From contig CATNEN010000003.1 of assembly GCA_950097015.1 (NCBI GenBank), positions 186,001-250,000 of the forward strand: a stretch of 64,000 nt of DNA, given 5' to 3'. Within the stretch, counting starts at the first letter, position 1, and each line of letters starts with the position of its first letter. Both the position numbers and the translations under genes were made by a program. The notes under the pieces are model-generated. The model had not been told where the DNA came from. It was given only the letters and a program-made list of their open reading frames with translations, and searched no databases. Below, piece after piece: positions 1 through 10,953 of this stretch. Origin of the DNA: Macrostomum hystrix (Eukaryota > Animalia > Platyhelminthes).

Positions 1-94
1 GTGATAAACACTAATGGGACTAAGGGGTTTATCACTAAGGGGTTAAACACTAAGGGGTTTATCACGTGATAAACGAACGTGATAAACACTAAGG
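1..94. repeat. Short self-complementary repeat cluster (gtgataaac / ctaagggg / gtttatcac), probably intronic
   Basis: Motif gtgataaac and its reverse complement gtttatcac recur with ctaagggg; the cluster lies upstream of the splice acceptor at 187. Confidence 0.6.
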
Positions 95-187
95 AAAAAT
101 TATTGCGTATTATCTTTATAAACACTTTTTACGTCCGCCCAGCACAGCAGGGCAATAATTTGACACAAAAGCTCTTTATTGTTACAG

Positions 188-2141
188 AAAGTTTATCTGC
201 TTCTACCTGCACAACATGCACGAGTTCGGCTTGTTGGAAGGCGACCCGCTGCAGCAATACTACAGTCTAATGCGAAAGAAGGGCGATCCTCCTGCTGTAC
301 AAGTAACACGCAGTCAAAAAGACTACCTAAAGGCAACGAAAACTACTGTAAAGATAACAAAGACAGTTCTAGCTCAAATTAAAAACACAGAAGCAAAAAA
401 TGATGCAGCTTCCAAAAGCGATGGTCAGAAAGCAGTTTCATTCAAAAGCACCAGTAGCGCATTGACCGAGCGTGCTACTCGCGATACGCAGCAAGTGGAT
501 ACAGTTAAAGAATCAAAGAAAGAGTCACTCCCATCAACAGCAACAAAAGACTCGAGATTTTCTATTATTAGTCATAAAAGCACACTGGACAAAAAAGATA
601 ATGACTTCAAAAACTCAAAAAGCCAAGTGATAGCTCAAAAAGCAACGACCGGGTCGGATACTTCAATTGTAAATAAGAGATCCGTAGCTGAACCATCCAC
701 TTCGCGACCAGATACCCAGAATAAAAAGCCGGATGTTTCGACTGGCACTAAAAGTGAAGCGGTGACATCAAAGACAAAGACAACGACCGAGTCGGATACT
801 TCGATTGTAAATAAGAGATCCGTAGCTGAACCATCCACTTCGCGACCAGATACCCAGAATAAAAAGCCGGATGTTTCGACTGGCACTAAAAGTGAAGCGG
901 TGACATCAAAGAAAAAGACAACGACCGAGTCGGATACTTCGATTTTAAGTACGAAAGCCGTAGCTGAACCGCACCATGGGATCCGTGGAAAAAGTGTTGA
1001 GTTGAAGGGCCCTAAAAGCAAGGCTGGGACGCCATCGGTTAGGTCAAAAACCTCCTTTGTATATAAGAAAACCGCGGCTGAGGCGATTGTTTTTGGTATA
1101 GACAATAAACAAAAAGACGCTGATGTCTTAATTGGCCTAAAATGCGAAGCGGCGAAATCAAAGAAATCGACTAAGTCAAAAACCTCGTCAATGAAAAAGA
1201 AGGGCTTGGCTGAACCATCTGATTTGGGTCTAGACACCCAAAATGAAAAATCTGGTGACTCGAAGGACTCTAAAAGCGAACCGGTGTTATCAAATTTAAA
1301 GAGTTTGTCTGAAAAATATGAAACTGCTGCTGAAGTTTTCGATTTTATTCAAGACACTGAACAAGAAAGTCCTGCAAATGACTTTAAGGAGTTTAAAAGC
1401 GAAGGAGCTACATCAAAGACAACAACTGAGTTTGAAAATGTGATTTCAAGTCAGAAGGCCATGGCTAAACCATTTAATTTCCGTTCAGGTACACAACATC
1501 AACAAGAAGTTGGTTATAAGGACTCTATTGGTGAAGTTTTGAGATTTAAAGCAACGGAGAAGTCTGAAACAGTGAGTACCTTGAAATCATCAATTAAATC
1601 AAAAGCATCTATTCAAAGTCCAACAGCTACGGCTGAAAAACTAAATACTTCGGTTGAAGACATCCGTCCTAAACAAGCTAAAAAGATAAAGGACTCTGAT
1701 TCCAAAGATCAGCAAGCTGACAATTTCTATGACTTCGAAAGAGTCACCCCAGAGACTTTAATACAATCGAAGACGGCTGCAGGTCTCTATACAAAGAGCA
1801 CCACAAAACGCTCTACTGTGATGCAAAATTCCCCAAAAGGAATAAATGAAGCGTTTGATGAATATGAAGACGAATTAACGATAGAAAAAGCCGACCAGAA
1901 AGAGGGATTTCAACGTGAGGGCTTTCAAGATAGCCTGGATATAAAGGCTTTTTGTCAATGCTGGAGCGAATGTTGTAGATATGTTCCCTCAGGTTTGCAA
2001 TGCTGTGCTCCATTGGTTGACAGGCACTGTGCAGGTATATGTGTCAGCAATAGATGCCCTATGGATCTTCGACAAATTTGCTGTTTGATGATATTAAAGT
2101 ACCGATGCCAGATCCCAGGAGCTTTATGTTGGCGCAACTAA
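188..2141 (+). CDS. Large terminal exon of an unknown K/S/T/E-rich protein with 46-aa repeats and a Cys-rich C-terminus; upstream exons probably outside the window
   Basis: 641-aa ORF (216-2141) is open upstream to the acceptor ttgttacag|A at 187/188. A 138-bp near-perfect duplication starts at 653/791, with degenerate further copies. C-terminus reads CQCWSECC...CC...C...C...CC. AATAAA at about 2224. Confidence 0.7.
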
Positions 2142-2877
2142 AAAGCAGGTGTAAAAATCTATAGGATCGGTACTCTGCTTCGCGCCTCTGCTTCTGATCG
2201 TTCAAAATTTATGGAGCTCGAAAAATAAATCTTTTTATTTGCATGCTAGAATTTTTGTTGCTACATTTCTGCGCATGCCTTATTTCTGCCACGTTAATTT
2301 ATGTATTTTAATTTCTTTTTGCATTTTTATGTTTGGCTCCTAATGATTCGCAAAAAATGCTTTGCAAAGAAAATGTCAATATAAGCGAAGAAACTTCTTG
2401 ACTCGCACAGAAAAACCGCTTGTAAAATTGACACGCAAATGTACACTGGACACATTGCAGGGATATGCAGAATTATACTTCTCTGCATACATACTTGTAC
2501 ATGCGTGTAGCATGTACGAGTTCGTATTTTAAGTTATACATGTGCTCTAAATTTTCTTAATTGCGTATTATGCATGTACGTGTACACGTACGAGTATAAA
2601 TACTCGTACTCGTATAAATCCATCTAAAATGAGCATGCACTTACAGCGGATTTACATGTATATTTGGGAACGGCAGGAATTGCAAAAACGCATGATAAAA
2701 AAATTGAAATAACAGCAAACAGCTGCACAGTAAAGCACCATAGTGCAAATGCTTGTACATCTGTATCGTTGCGTACAGACGTGAATGAAACAAATATTGA
2801 ATTTAGAGATCCCAATGTACATATTTTTTATATCACAAATAACAATACCTTAGATTTTATCATTTAATTATTATGAA

Positions 2878-4250
2878 GCCGGCTGGACCCTTGGCTGACC
2901 GCGATCCGTCGGTGTGCAGGATAATGTCGGCCGCAAATCGTCGAATGGTCTCATTGGCGTCGGAGGGCGGTGCCAGCGCCTAGGTCGTCGACGGGGCCGG
3001 CTGGTAGCCGTTGCAGGGGTCGATGCCATGTCGTAGTGGAGCCAGGCCAAGGACCACGAGAGTTAGTAGTACTTTAGTAGTCGTTGAGCCAGGTGTCCAG
3101 GCATACTTGCCAGCAATCGTTGGGCTATGTGGCACCAGCTACTCCTGACCATAACTTAGACCGCGTGCCGTACTTCGCGAGATTTTTACTCGCGAGTAAT
3201 CAAAGCACAATGTATGCGCGAACATCGACCTGTGCCGATACGGCGATGAAACGCGGGTAGTCGGACAGAAGACGGAGAGCCTTATCGTATGCGCTGATGC
3301 AGAGCTGATTGCGCAGCGTGGCCACCGTACAGAATTCCGCCACGATGTAAAGGGGATGACGACTCCGTACAGCACGATGCGTGGTTTGAGTTTCGCTTCG
3401 TGGGTGCTGGTGGTGAACAGAGACGATGCATATTCACTCCTGACCCGTTTGATCACCATCTGGTTCTCGAAGCATTTTGGAGATGCTTCATTTGGAGACG
3501 CAGTTCACCTTCTGCTGCATAGTGGAGACGGCCACGTCTGGGTCCTTGTGGTGACAGCGGAGGGCAATGTCGATGCGTATCCGCGAGGATAGTTGGCACT
3601 GCAGCGGGAGCCCGCCGACACCGTCGGCCTGTCAGTGCCTGAAGATGGCGATAGTAGCGCCAAACAGTCAGGTTGATAACGACGAATCCTACTGCATTTG
3701 AACTGCTTGTGACACTGATGATTACAATTGGCGTCTGCGCTGGCGAAAGGGAGAGTGTGGCCGCACGCGTCGCAATCCGATGAGCCTTGTGTTAAGTTCG
3801 AGGTCCACGGCCTCAACATTCAGAGAGGAGCCAGCAACAAAGAGTGATAACTTCGACGAAGACAATCGTGCCGTTGGGGCTAGACCCGTCACCTCAGCAT
3901 CATATGCCGTCATCTGAAGACGAGGTGGAAGAGGTTAAGATAAACACCTTGGTGACATCAGCAGTCGCTGGCCATCTGGGTCGCCGCGGAAAAGCGGTGT
4001 CCTTGAACGAGACCTCAGACGGTTTACTGTCGGGGCCATCGGTCCCTTATTTTGGGGCTTCGGTGGTGATGCTGCTGCAGGGCGCTGCAGTGACAAGCAG
4101 CGAAGGAATTTCTTGTTTAAATAAGCAGTGGAGTGAACACAGTGTAGGAAGCCCGATCGCTCGTCATCCTGGTTGGCTTAGCATAGTCGTTGTAAACAGT
4201 TTTGTATGACCTTCGAGTTAGTAGTAGTCGATTTGGCTCAGGCAAGTAGC
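2878..4250 (-). mobile_element. Decayed, internally deleted Ingi/I-group non-LTR retrotransposon
   Basis: Minus-strand remnants in the expected order: degenerate 2A-like motif (AVDLELNT, ~3783-3825), PHD-like CDACG..CNHQCHKQFKCS, post-RT segment SAYDKALRLLSDYPR, and RNase H start IILHTDGSRSAKGPAG (~2880-2930). Many stops and frameshifts. Confidence 0.6.
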
Positions 4251-5520
4251 CAGTTTTGCCAATATTATATTTTGTTTATTTTGGATATTTAAATACTTGC
4301 AAGCAATACATACGATTGGTGTATTTATTATAGCTTCAGTATATAATTTGAGTGTATGCCCATTGTATTTATTTCATCTGTTATCGCTTTCCTGTATTTC
4401 ACGATCGGTATTTAATTAGAATGTGTATTATAGCATTTTACTGTATGTACTTTGGTTGTACTTGATGCATTTTATCTTAATGCATTTGTTAAAATGAATA
4501 ACAATGACTGCATGTACTGCAACAATAAATACTTTCGTAAGAGTTCGCTCTGATTGGGCAGTTTGAATTCGCTTATCTGGACGTCGACCAATCGTTAATT
4601 ATTTCGAATGACGATAATTTTATTACAGTAGATCAATTTAAATTGGTACGAAAATGAAAACGAAATTGAAAACGAGCATTTAAGCGAACAGAATAGTTTG
4701 ATATAGTTAGTAAAAAAGGTCAACGTAATAGCACATTGCAGGGACTAAGAAAGAGAAAGTGGGATCGAACAGCTAAAGAGGAAAAATAAATTCAAATAAA
4801 TAACAAGTAACGAAATAAATAGCGAAGAAAATTACTAGACTACTGATCGCCAGGTGGTAAAGTCAAAAGTACATTAAATCACAAAGTGAGTAAGTCTAGA
4901 GTAAAGTAAGTCAAAATTGGGAGTAGGACGTGTGTCAACACCAACAAATGATTACAAAAGAAAAGAATAAATTAAATAACTGGGCTACAAATATAAATGT
5001 TGCAGTCCGAAGTCTACAGTGTGAATTAAGATTCAGAGTTGATTCGGAATTTTTCTGCTTTAAAATTAATGAACATGACTTACTTAACTTATTCAAAGTC
5101 ACTCAACTAAATCGATTTTTTTCTTGTTAATTCTACTTCTCTCGAATATCTGATAAATTAAACTTGATCCCAACAAAGTTTCCTAAACTCAGTAGTATAC
5201 GCTGCTACACTGCAAAGATATAACTAGTAGTTACTCTGAATCTGAGCAATGCACCTACTAAATCCATTGGAGCGCAGATTCAGAGATTCAAAAGTTTTTA
5301 TTAGTCTAAGGATTGTGTGACGTGGTAAGGGGCGGGGACGGCGAATGCTACACTCAAAGCATGTTTAATATAACAATAAAAAGTACATAGGGTCAAGTTC
5401 AGAGCCAAGTTCTACTTTCTAGTCACAGAATAAAATAAATATTGCGCAAAAAGCTTGTGAATACGTATGAAGAGTGAAGTACAAAATAGCAACCCAAATT
5501 AGAAAGATAGTATTTACAAG

Positions 5521-5700
5521 ACGAGTGTAACTTATCCCGCTCGATATCCCGCTCGATATTCCGATCGATATTCCGACAGATAATGTAGTGTACTTAAACA
5601 AAAGCTCGTCTTGTACGAGTGTAACTTATCCTGCTCGATATCCCGCTCGATATTCCGATCGATATTCCGACAGATAATGTAGTGTACTTAAACAAAAGCT
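5521..5700. repeat. Two-copy direct repeat, ~94-bp period, with internal tcgatat(t/c)ccg subrepeats
   Basis: acgagtgtaacttatcc...aaacaaaagct occurs at 5521 and 5615; it shares ccgacagataatg with the adjacent 20-bp array family. Confidence 0.8.
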
Positions 5701-5857
5701 AAAGAGAACAAAAAAGGAAAACAAAAACTCTCTTTATTTTTATTTTACTCATTTTAGTTTTTAGTAATAAGTATTATCACTTTCAACAATTTTTTCTCCA
5801 GAACAAAACAGTTGAAATGTATTTTATTTCATAAAATACTCTTGCTACAGATGAATG

Positions 5858-6378
5858 ATGCATTTCGGGTCAGGTGGTGATTTAACTGTCGGGACGATGA
5901 ATTAACTGTCGGGATGATGCATTAACTGTCGGGATGATGCATTAACTGTCGGGTCAGGTGGTGATTTAACTGTCGGGACCATGAATTAACTGTCGGGATC
6001 ATGCATTAATTGTCGGGATGATGCATTAACTGTCGGGATCATGCATTAATTGTCGGGATGATGCATTATCTGTCGGGATGATGCATTAACTGTCGGGATG
6101 ATGCAATAACTTTCGGGTCAGGTGGTGATTTAACTGTCGGGACCATGAATTAACTGTCGGGATCATGCATTAATTGTCGGGATGATGCATTAACTGTCGG
6201 GATGATGCATTAACTGTCGGGATGATGCATTAACTGTCGGGATGATGCACTAACTGTCGGGTCAGGTGGTGGTTTAACTTTCGGGACTTGGACTGATTTA
6301 ACTGTCGGGATGAAGTACTAACTGTCGGGTCTTGGACTGATTGAACTGTCGGGACAATTGATTAAGTGTTGGGACGAC
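5858..6378 (+). repeat. 20-bp minisatellite, left inverted arm
   Basis: Tandem taactgtcgggatgatgcat with periodic gggtcaggtggtgatt variants. Confidence 0.92.
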
Positions 6379-6399
6379 TTATAATTACTATCGACCTGG

Positions 6400-6575
6400 C
6401 CCCGAGCAAGACTGATCGGTGAGATACTGCTGGTGAGCACCCATCCTGTGGAGAGCACTGAGGTCTTCCGGGACACCGTGCAGCTCCAGGTCGGCGGACA
6501 GACGATCAGCTGCCGGAAGGTGGTGCGCATTCTGGACGTGAAGTTCCGATCACCTTCGCCGAGCAGGCTTGCCGG
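6400..6575 (+). mobile_element. Ingi/I-like LINE fragment, RT C-terminal region
   Basis: Translates to SKT...EVFRDTVQLQVGGQTISCRKVVRILDV.F..ITF, resembling the KTE...LGV.FD..LTF thumb region. Confidence 0.45.
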
Positions 6576-6599
6576 GCGCTTTCCATCATGAGGAGCCGC

Positions 6600-7070
6600 C
6601 TTAAAGCCATGCGAGCCGTGGCCTTCCTGGGAAACTGACGCGGATGCGCTGCGCGTCTCTACTGCGGCTATGTCCGCCCGGCGGCGCTGTTTGCGGCTGA
6701 GGTTTGGTGGCCTTTTCTTACCGCATTCAAATACCGCATTACCGTATTTTCCGCATTCAGAACATCTAAAAGCGCGTTCCGCGTTCCTGCTTACACAGGC
6801 CTTGGTGTCCGCGTCCGCGTCGCTAGCCGTGAGGAGCCCCGGTGGTCCGTCGCGAGAGGACCATGGAGCTGCTGGAGCCTGGAGTCCCTTCGCCGGAGCG
6901 ATCCGCCGTACCTTCAAGTTCCTGGGGTGCATTCTTTCTTGCAGCCAGGGCCAGGAGTTGTTAGCAGAAAGGTGAGATGCGCAAACACTCTGTGACCTGT
7001 CACTAAGGAAACGGGCATCCAAGGGAGAGAGGTACCGCACAGCCAGGTTCCTGGGTAGCATTGTTTTCAT
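6600..7070 (-). mobile_element. Gag-like fragment with degenerate zinc knuckle
   Basis: ORF 6318-7070(-) contains FRCSECGKYGNAVFEC (CX2CX4[H>N]X4C) followed by a basic tract. Confidence 0.5.
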
Positions 7071-7389
7071 GACCTCGTTTCGTCAGCGCTTCAGGGGCTC
7101 GAGGCAGCCCTAGGTCTCCAACGCGGAAAGCCGAGCTCTGCGGTCTGGCTGCTGCTCGACTCCCGAGCCTTGTACCGGTCACGTAGTGAGTGCGCAGCCT
7201 GCGTGCAGCAGCTGGCTGCTGGCTGACTGGTTGACTATTTTATATTCATGTACGCTGAGTAAAACGCGCTGGTGAACTGAGTATGTCATTTTAAGCTACT
7301 CGCTTTTTATCACCTTAATCCTTGCGCCCAGCGTGTTTTCGCTTTCGTTCAAGCCTTAAAAATATAAATATCGCCTACACTCAGGAGCG

Positions 7390-7690
7390 TGGTGCTCTGA
7401 GAAGTTATTCCCGAACGGCTGCAGTCCACGCCACCGTAAAAGCCGCGATCCTGCTCCAGCAGCTGGCCAGGGAGCACAGGTCCAGTGTCATCTAGGTCCC
7501 GGGGCACGCCGGCCTGGCTCTCAACGGACAAGATGGTCAGGAGGGGGCCATGCCGCACGACCCCAAACGATTCCAGTGGCGGCCGCCAGAGCCTCCCTCT
7601 GCAGCTACGGACGGGCTGCCGAATCGGTCGAATATTCCATGCTGGTCCCAGCGGATCCACAGGCTGCGCGGCGGAACGCAGCTTGTCCAC
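7390..7690 (+). mobile_element. LINE RNase H fragment (Ingi/I-like)
   Basis: Translates to VI*VPGHAGLALN at ~7487-7525, matching the WVPGH.G..GNE RNase H motif with TGG>TAG. Confidence 0.55.
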
Positions 7691-7699
7691 TGACTGACG

Positions 7700-8922
7700 C
7701 GTCAAAAGTGAGGGCCGTGTCAGATGGCGAGCCCCATTGCCAGCGATCGAACAAACTCCGGTCCGTTGGCGGTGTCGGGCACTCTGGCGTCGCTCAGGAT
7801 GCAGTCTACGTATCTCAGGGTCTGGGCTGGGCCCCGCCTGATCGGGCCCTGCAAGGTAAGCAGCAGGACGTCTTGAAGAAGCTCGGGGCAGTAGTTCTCG
7901 GCCCGGATCACGTGGATGGTGGACGGGCGTCGCAGCCTGGGCCCTCTCGTACATGGCCTCAGTCCCGAAGCTCTCGTCAGCTTAAAAGGCAGCGCGGAGC
8001 AGCCCCGATTGCGCCGAGTCCAGCTGCCGCTTTAGCGTAGCTGTCAGCGTCCACGTCTCAGCTTTGTACAGCAGGACGGTCTCAACCACCGCCTGCCACA
8101 GCCGAGCCCTCTGACGGTCGGGTAGCGCTTTGGACTGGAGGCCGTACCGACCTGTAGGCCGCCCAGGCGAGTCCTCTGCGACGCCGGATGTCATGTCATG
8201 CTCCACGTGGGGCACCAGACCGCTAGTACAAAATAATAATTTGTAATATACGCTCGTACTAGTACAAAACATCGTTTTCAGAACTAGATGGTGCTGTTTA
8301 CTAGCTCTGTTCTGTGTGGCATTTGTGCTGGTACAGCAATTTTAGCTGCAAGCATTTTCACCACAGGCTTCTTTCCTGCTGTTGGAAAATCTGTGCGCTT
8401 TTCGGGAATAGTTGAACCACTGACAGCGTGCGAACGTGGTCGTCTGCCCGTCTGCGCCGCGGCATGTCAGCTCCGTTGGAATGTCGGCAGGCACCGTCAG
8501 CACCTCGGTCTTCAGCGTGTTTACGAGGCCGTCGCTTGCCGCCACCTAGACAAGCCTATCTGGCGCTCTGCAGCTTTAACAGAAGATGACAGGAGGGCGA
8601 GGTCGTCGGCGTTGTCCAGCACGCTGAGGCACTTTTCGTTGTAGCGGCGGCCGATTCGTCTGCGCAGCAGAAAGCCGTCTTCCGCTGAGGGGAGCGCGAT
8701 CCGTAGCGCCCAGTCCCAGAGCAGCACGAAGAGGAACGGCGCTAGCGTGTCGCCCTGCAGGACTCCAGACGAGGTGTCGAACAGGTCTGACAGGCCGTCC
8801 GCCGTCACGACAGCAGCGCGTGTGCCGCTATACAGCGACATGATCGTGTTGACAAGCTGCTGCGGAACCCGATAGGCCCGAAGGACGAATGGTAGCGCGG
8901 CTCTCAACACCGAGTCGAACAC
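7700..8922 (-). mobile_element. 5'-truncated RTE-like LINE (RT and C-terminus), decayed and interrupted by a PIGG exon copy
   Basis: SGVLQGDTLAPFLF, LDNADDLALL (YADD variant), LWQAVVETVLLY.AETWTLT and HVIRAE...RRG...YVD on the minus strand, with frameshifts. Confidence 0.85.
8257..8407 (+). pseudogene. Duplicated fragment of PIGG first coding exon, including the upstream intron acceptor
   Basis: 151 bp colinear with 16645-16795, about 6 mismatches; creates chimeric ORF 8288-8644 (MVLFTSSVLCG...GFFP). Confidence 0.92.
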
Positions 8923-9224
8923 CTATAAATAATAGCGGCAGCACTAAGGCCGATGACACGTCAACAACAGCGGCTACGGGCAGCTGTCGCACCGAGGGCA
9001 TCGCCTCGTCACCACGGGAACTGGCAGGACCCGGTTCAGAACTGGACCCGAGGAGAAAGCCGACAGAGTAGAATCGACCGACGGCCTCCCCCCAGGACCG
9101 TTGGCAGCGGGAAGATAGTCAAAGGCTGGGGAAAATCTTACACCAGTAGACCATAACTGCTAGACTTCACCCAATATATCAAACGTGGAAGATTGAAAGG
9201 TGTATAAATAAGAAAATAAACTAA

Positions 9225-9830
9225 GAAACCAGGAAGGCTATATAGACACTGACGATCAGCAGGGGTCTCGGCAGTCTCTCATAAGTAAGACAGATGGCAG
9301 TCCCTTCGTTAGATCCCAGATGTCGCGCCATGGGTGCCGTCTGGGGCGTCAGAGAATGGGATCCCTTCGCGGGCCTCACGCCCCCGTGAGCGGATAGAAC
9401 GGCTTCACCGGGACGATTCATCATGGCACCCGGCATTCTGCCAGATCAGCAGGAGCGGGACGGGGTCAGATTAGTTTCTTGTAGGCAATGTCCTGCGTGT
9501 CCTCGGGTCCGAAGACCAGCTGCGTTGAGTTGCAGGAGGCGAAGGGATTTTGGCAGCCTCGGTTTTGCCTGGCTTGTGCGACTGGGCCTGACGGGACTGG
9601 CCCAGGTTCGCTTCAATGTCTCCAGCTCTCAGCAGTAGCAGGGCCATGTGAGCTGGTAAGGACCATGTAACCCTACTTTGCGCGAGGAGCTACCATGCGG
9701 AGACTCCAGTAATGGCTGCACTTTGCCGGACGATGCCAGACAGGTCCGCCCCGGAAAGGCGGCAGCTATGAACCCGTTGTTAGGTGGTCGAAAACCATTT
9801 CGTCCGCCAGGGGTGCTAGGATATCTATTC
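9225..9830 (-). mobile_element. 5' fragment of an Ingi-like LINE: 2A-like motif followed by APE endonuclease
   Basis: ALLLLRAGDIEAN[PGP, 1-nt deletion] at 9598-9644, then LRLLQLNAAGLRTR, CLQETNL, HGGV and LIVSVYI. Confidence 0.7.
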
Positions 9831-9844
9831 AGACCAGATCACAT

Positions 9845-10180
9845 TGGCGAAGGTGACATCCAGTGCTGAGGCAACACCGCGGGAGCTGACGTGGGTGGGG
9901 CTGCCGAGGCGAGGAAGCCATTGGCCGCCGCCCATCGTTGAAGCTCCACTCCCAGGTGGTCATCGGCTTGGCAGGAGTGGTCCTGCATCCGGTGACGAGT
10001 GCTTAGGTCCCCGACCACCAGTGTATCCGTCCGACAGGAAGTCAGTACAGGTTAAAATCTCTGACACGCTGGTCGCTCAAGCGCTGTGGCAGGAGTCTTG
10101 GGAGCCTCTCGTACGGCTCCTGCTAAACAACTCCATCCTGTATGGAGTCACACAGTGCGCCGTCCGGGTCGTCAAAGGAC
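9845..10180 (-). mobile_element. Second APE endonuclease fragment (Ingi/I-like)
   Basis: FNLY, TLVVGDLSTRH (GDxN motif), G..L..W, PTH...SALDVTFA. Confidence 0.6.
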
Positions 10181-10220
10181 GAAACATTTTCAAGAAGCAG
10201 GAACCAGAAAATGAATTAGC

Positions 10221-10799
10221 GACAATTAATCAGTTGTCCCGACAGGTAAATCAGGCCATCACCCCATAGTAAATACTTCATCCCGACAGATAATGCATCG
10301 TCCCGATAGTTAAATCACCACCTAATCCTTACCTGATCATCCCGACAGTTAATTCATCATCCCGACAGTTAACGCATCATCCCGACAGTTAATGCATCAT
10401 CCCGACAGATAATGCATCATCCCGACAGTTAATTCATCGTCCCGACAGTTAAATCACTATACCTGACCCGACAGTTAAATCACTACCTGACCCGACAGTT
10501 AATGCATCATCCCGACAGTTAATGCATCATCCCGACAGTTAATTCATCGTCCCGACAGTTAAATCAACACCTGACCCGACAGTTAATGCATCATCCCGAC
10601 AGTTAATGCATAATCCCGACTTTTAATGCATCATCCAGACAGTTAATTCATCGTCCCGACAGTTAAATCACCACCTGACCCGACAGTTAATGTATCATTC
10701 CGACAGTTAATTCATCATCCCGACAGTTAATTCATCGTACCGACAGTTAAATCACCACCTGAACCGACAGTTAATGCATCATCCCGACAGTAATGCATT
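10221..10799 (-). repeat. 20-bp minisatellite, right inverted arm
   Basis: Reverse complement of the 5858-6378 array. Confidence 0.92.
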
Positions 10800-10859
10800 T
10801 TTATTCATTGAAAAAAAATTTCAGTTATTCCGACTCGAAATTACATGCATGCATAAATC

Positions 10860-10953
10860 TAATAAGCCCTCAGACAGTTATTCCGACTTGAAATTAACTG
10901 TCAGAATATCCCACAGTTAATTTCGAGTCGGAATGACGGTCTGAGAGCTCATT
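10860..10953. repeat. Imperfect ~95-bp hairpin related to the 20-bp arm unit
   Basis: taataagccctcagacagttattccgacttgaaattaactgt pairs with acagttaatttcgagtcggaatgacggtctgagagctcatta. Confidence 0.7.

Larger units (their letters stand above)
5850..10806. mobile_element. Foldback-type element: ~0.5-kb inverted arms built from a 20-bp minisatellite enclosing ~3.8 kb of mosaic cargo
   Basis: Left arm (taactgtcgggatgatgcat)n and right arm (atgcatcatcccgacagtta)n. Unique variant units at the inner ends mirror each other in order (gggatgaagta...gggacaattgattaa vs ttaatcagttgtccc...tacttcatccc). No TSD or transposase seen. Confidence 0.65.

Noticed and set aside
189-275. Faint resemblance of KFICFYLHNMHEFGLLEGDPLQ to the MOB-domain C-terminus
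   Set aside because: Too short and weak to support without the upstream exons.
3118-3137. Possible LTR primer-binding site TGGTGCCA on the minus strand
   Set aside because: It lies within LINE coding remnants between RT-distal and RNase H motifs; no LTR pair found.
5858-6378. CRISPR-like appearance of this and other arrays (31-, 34-, 36-, 49-bp units)
   Set aside because: Units are head-to-tail with no unique spacers, there are no cas genes, and the context is eukaryotic and intronic.
9800-9840. HDV-like ribozyme at the Ingi-like 5' end (CCCTGGCG)
   Set aside because: Only the first bases resemble the known L1Tc/Ingi leader; I could not fold a nested double pseudoknot by eye.
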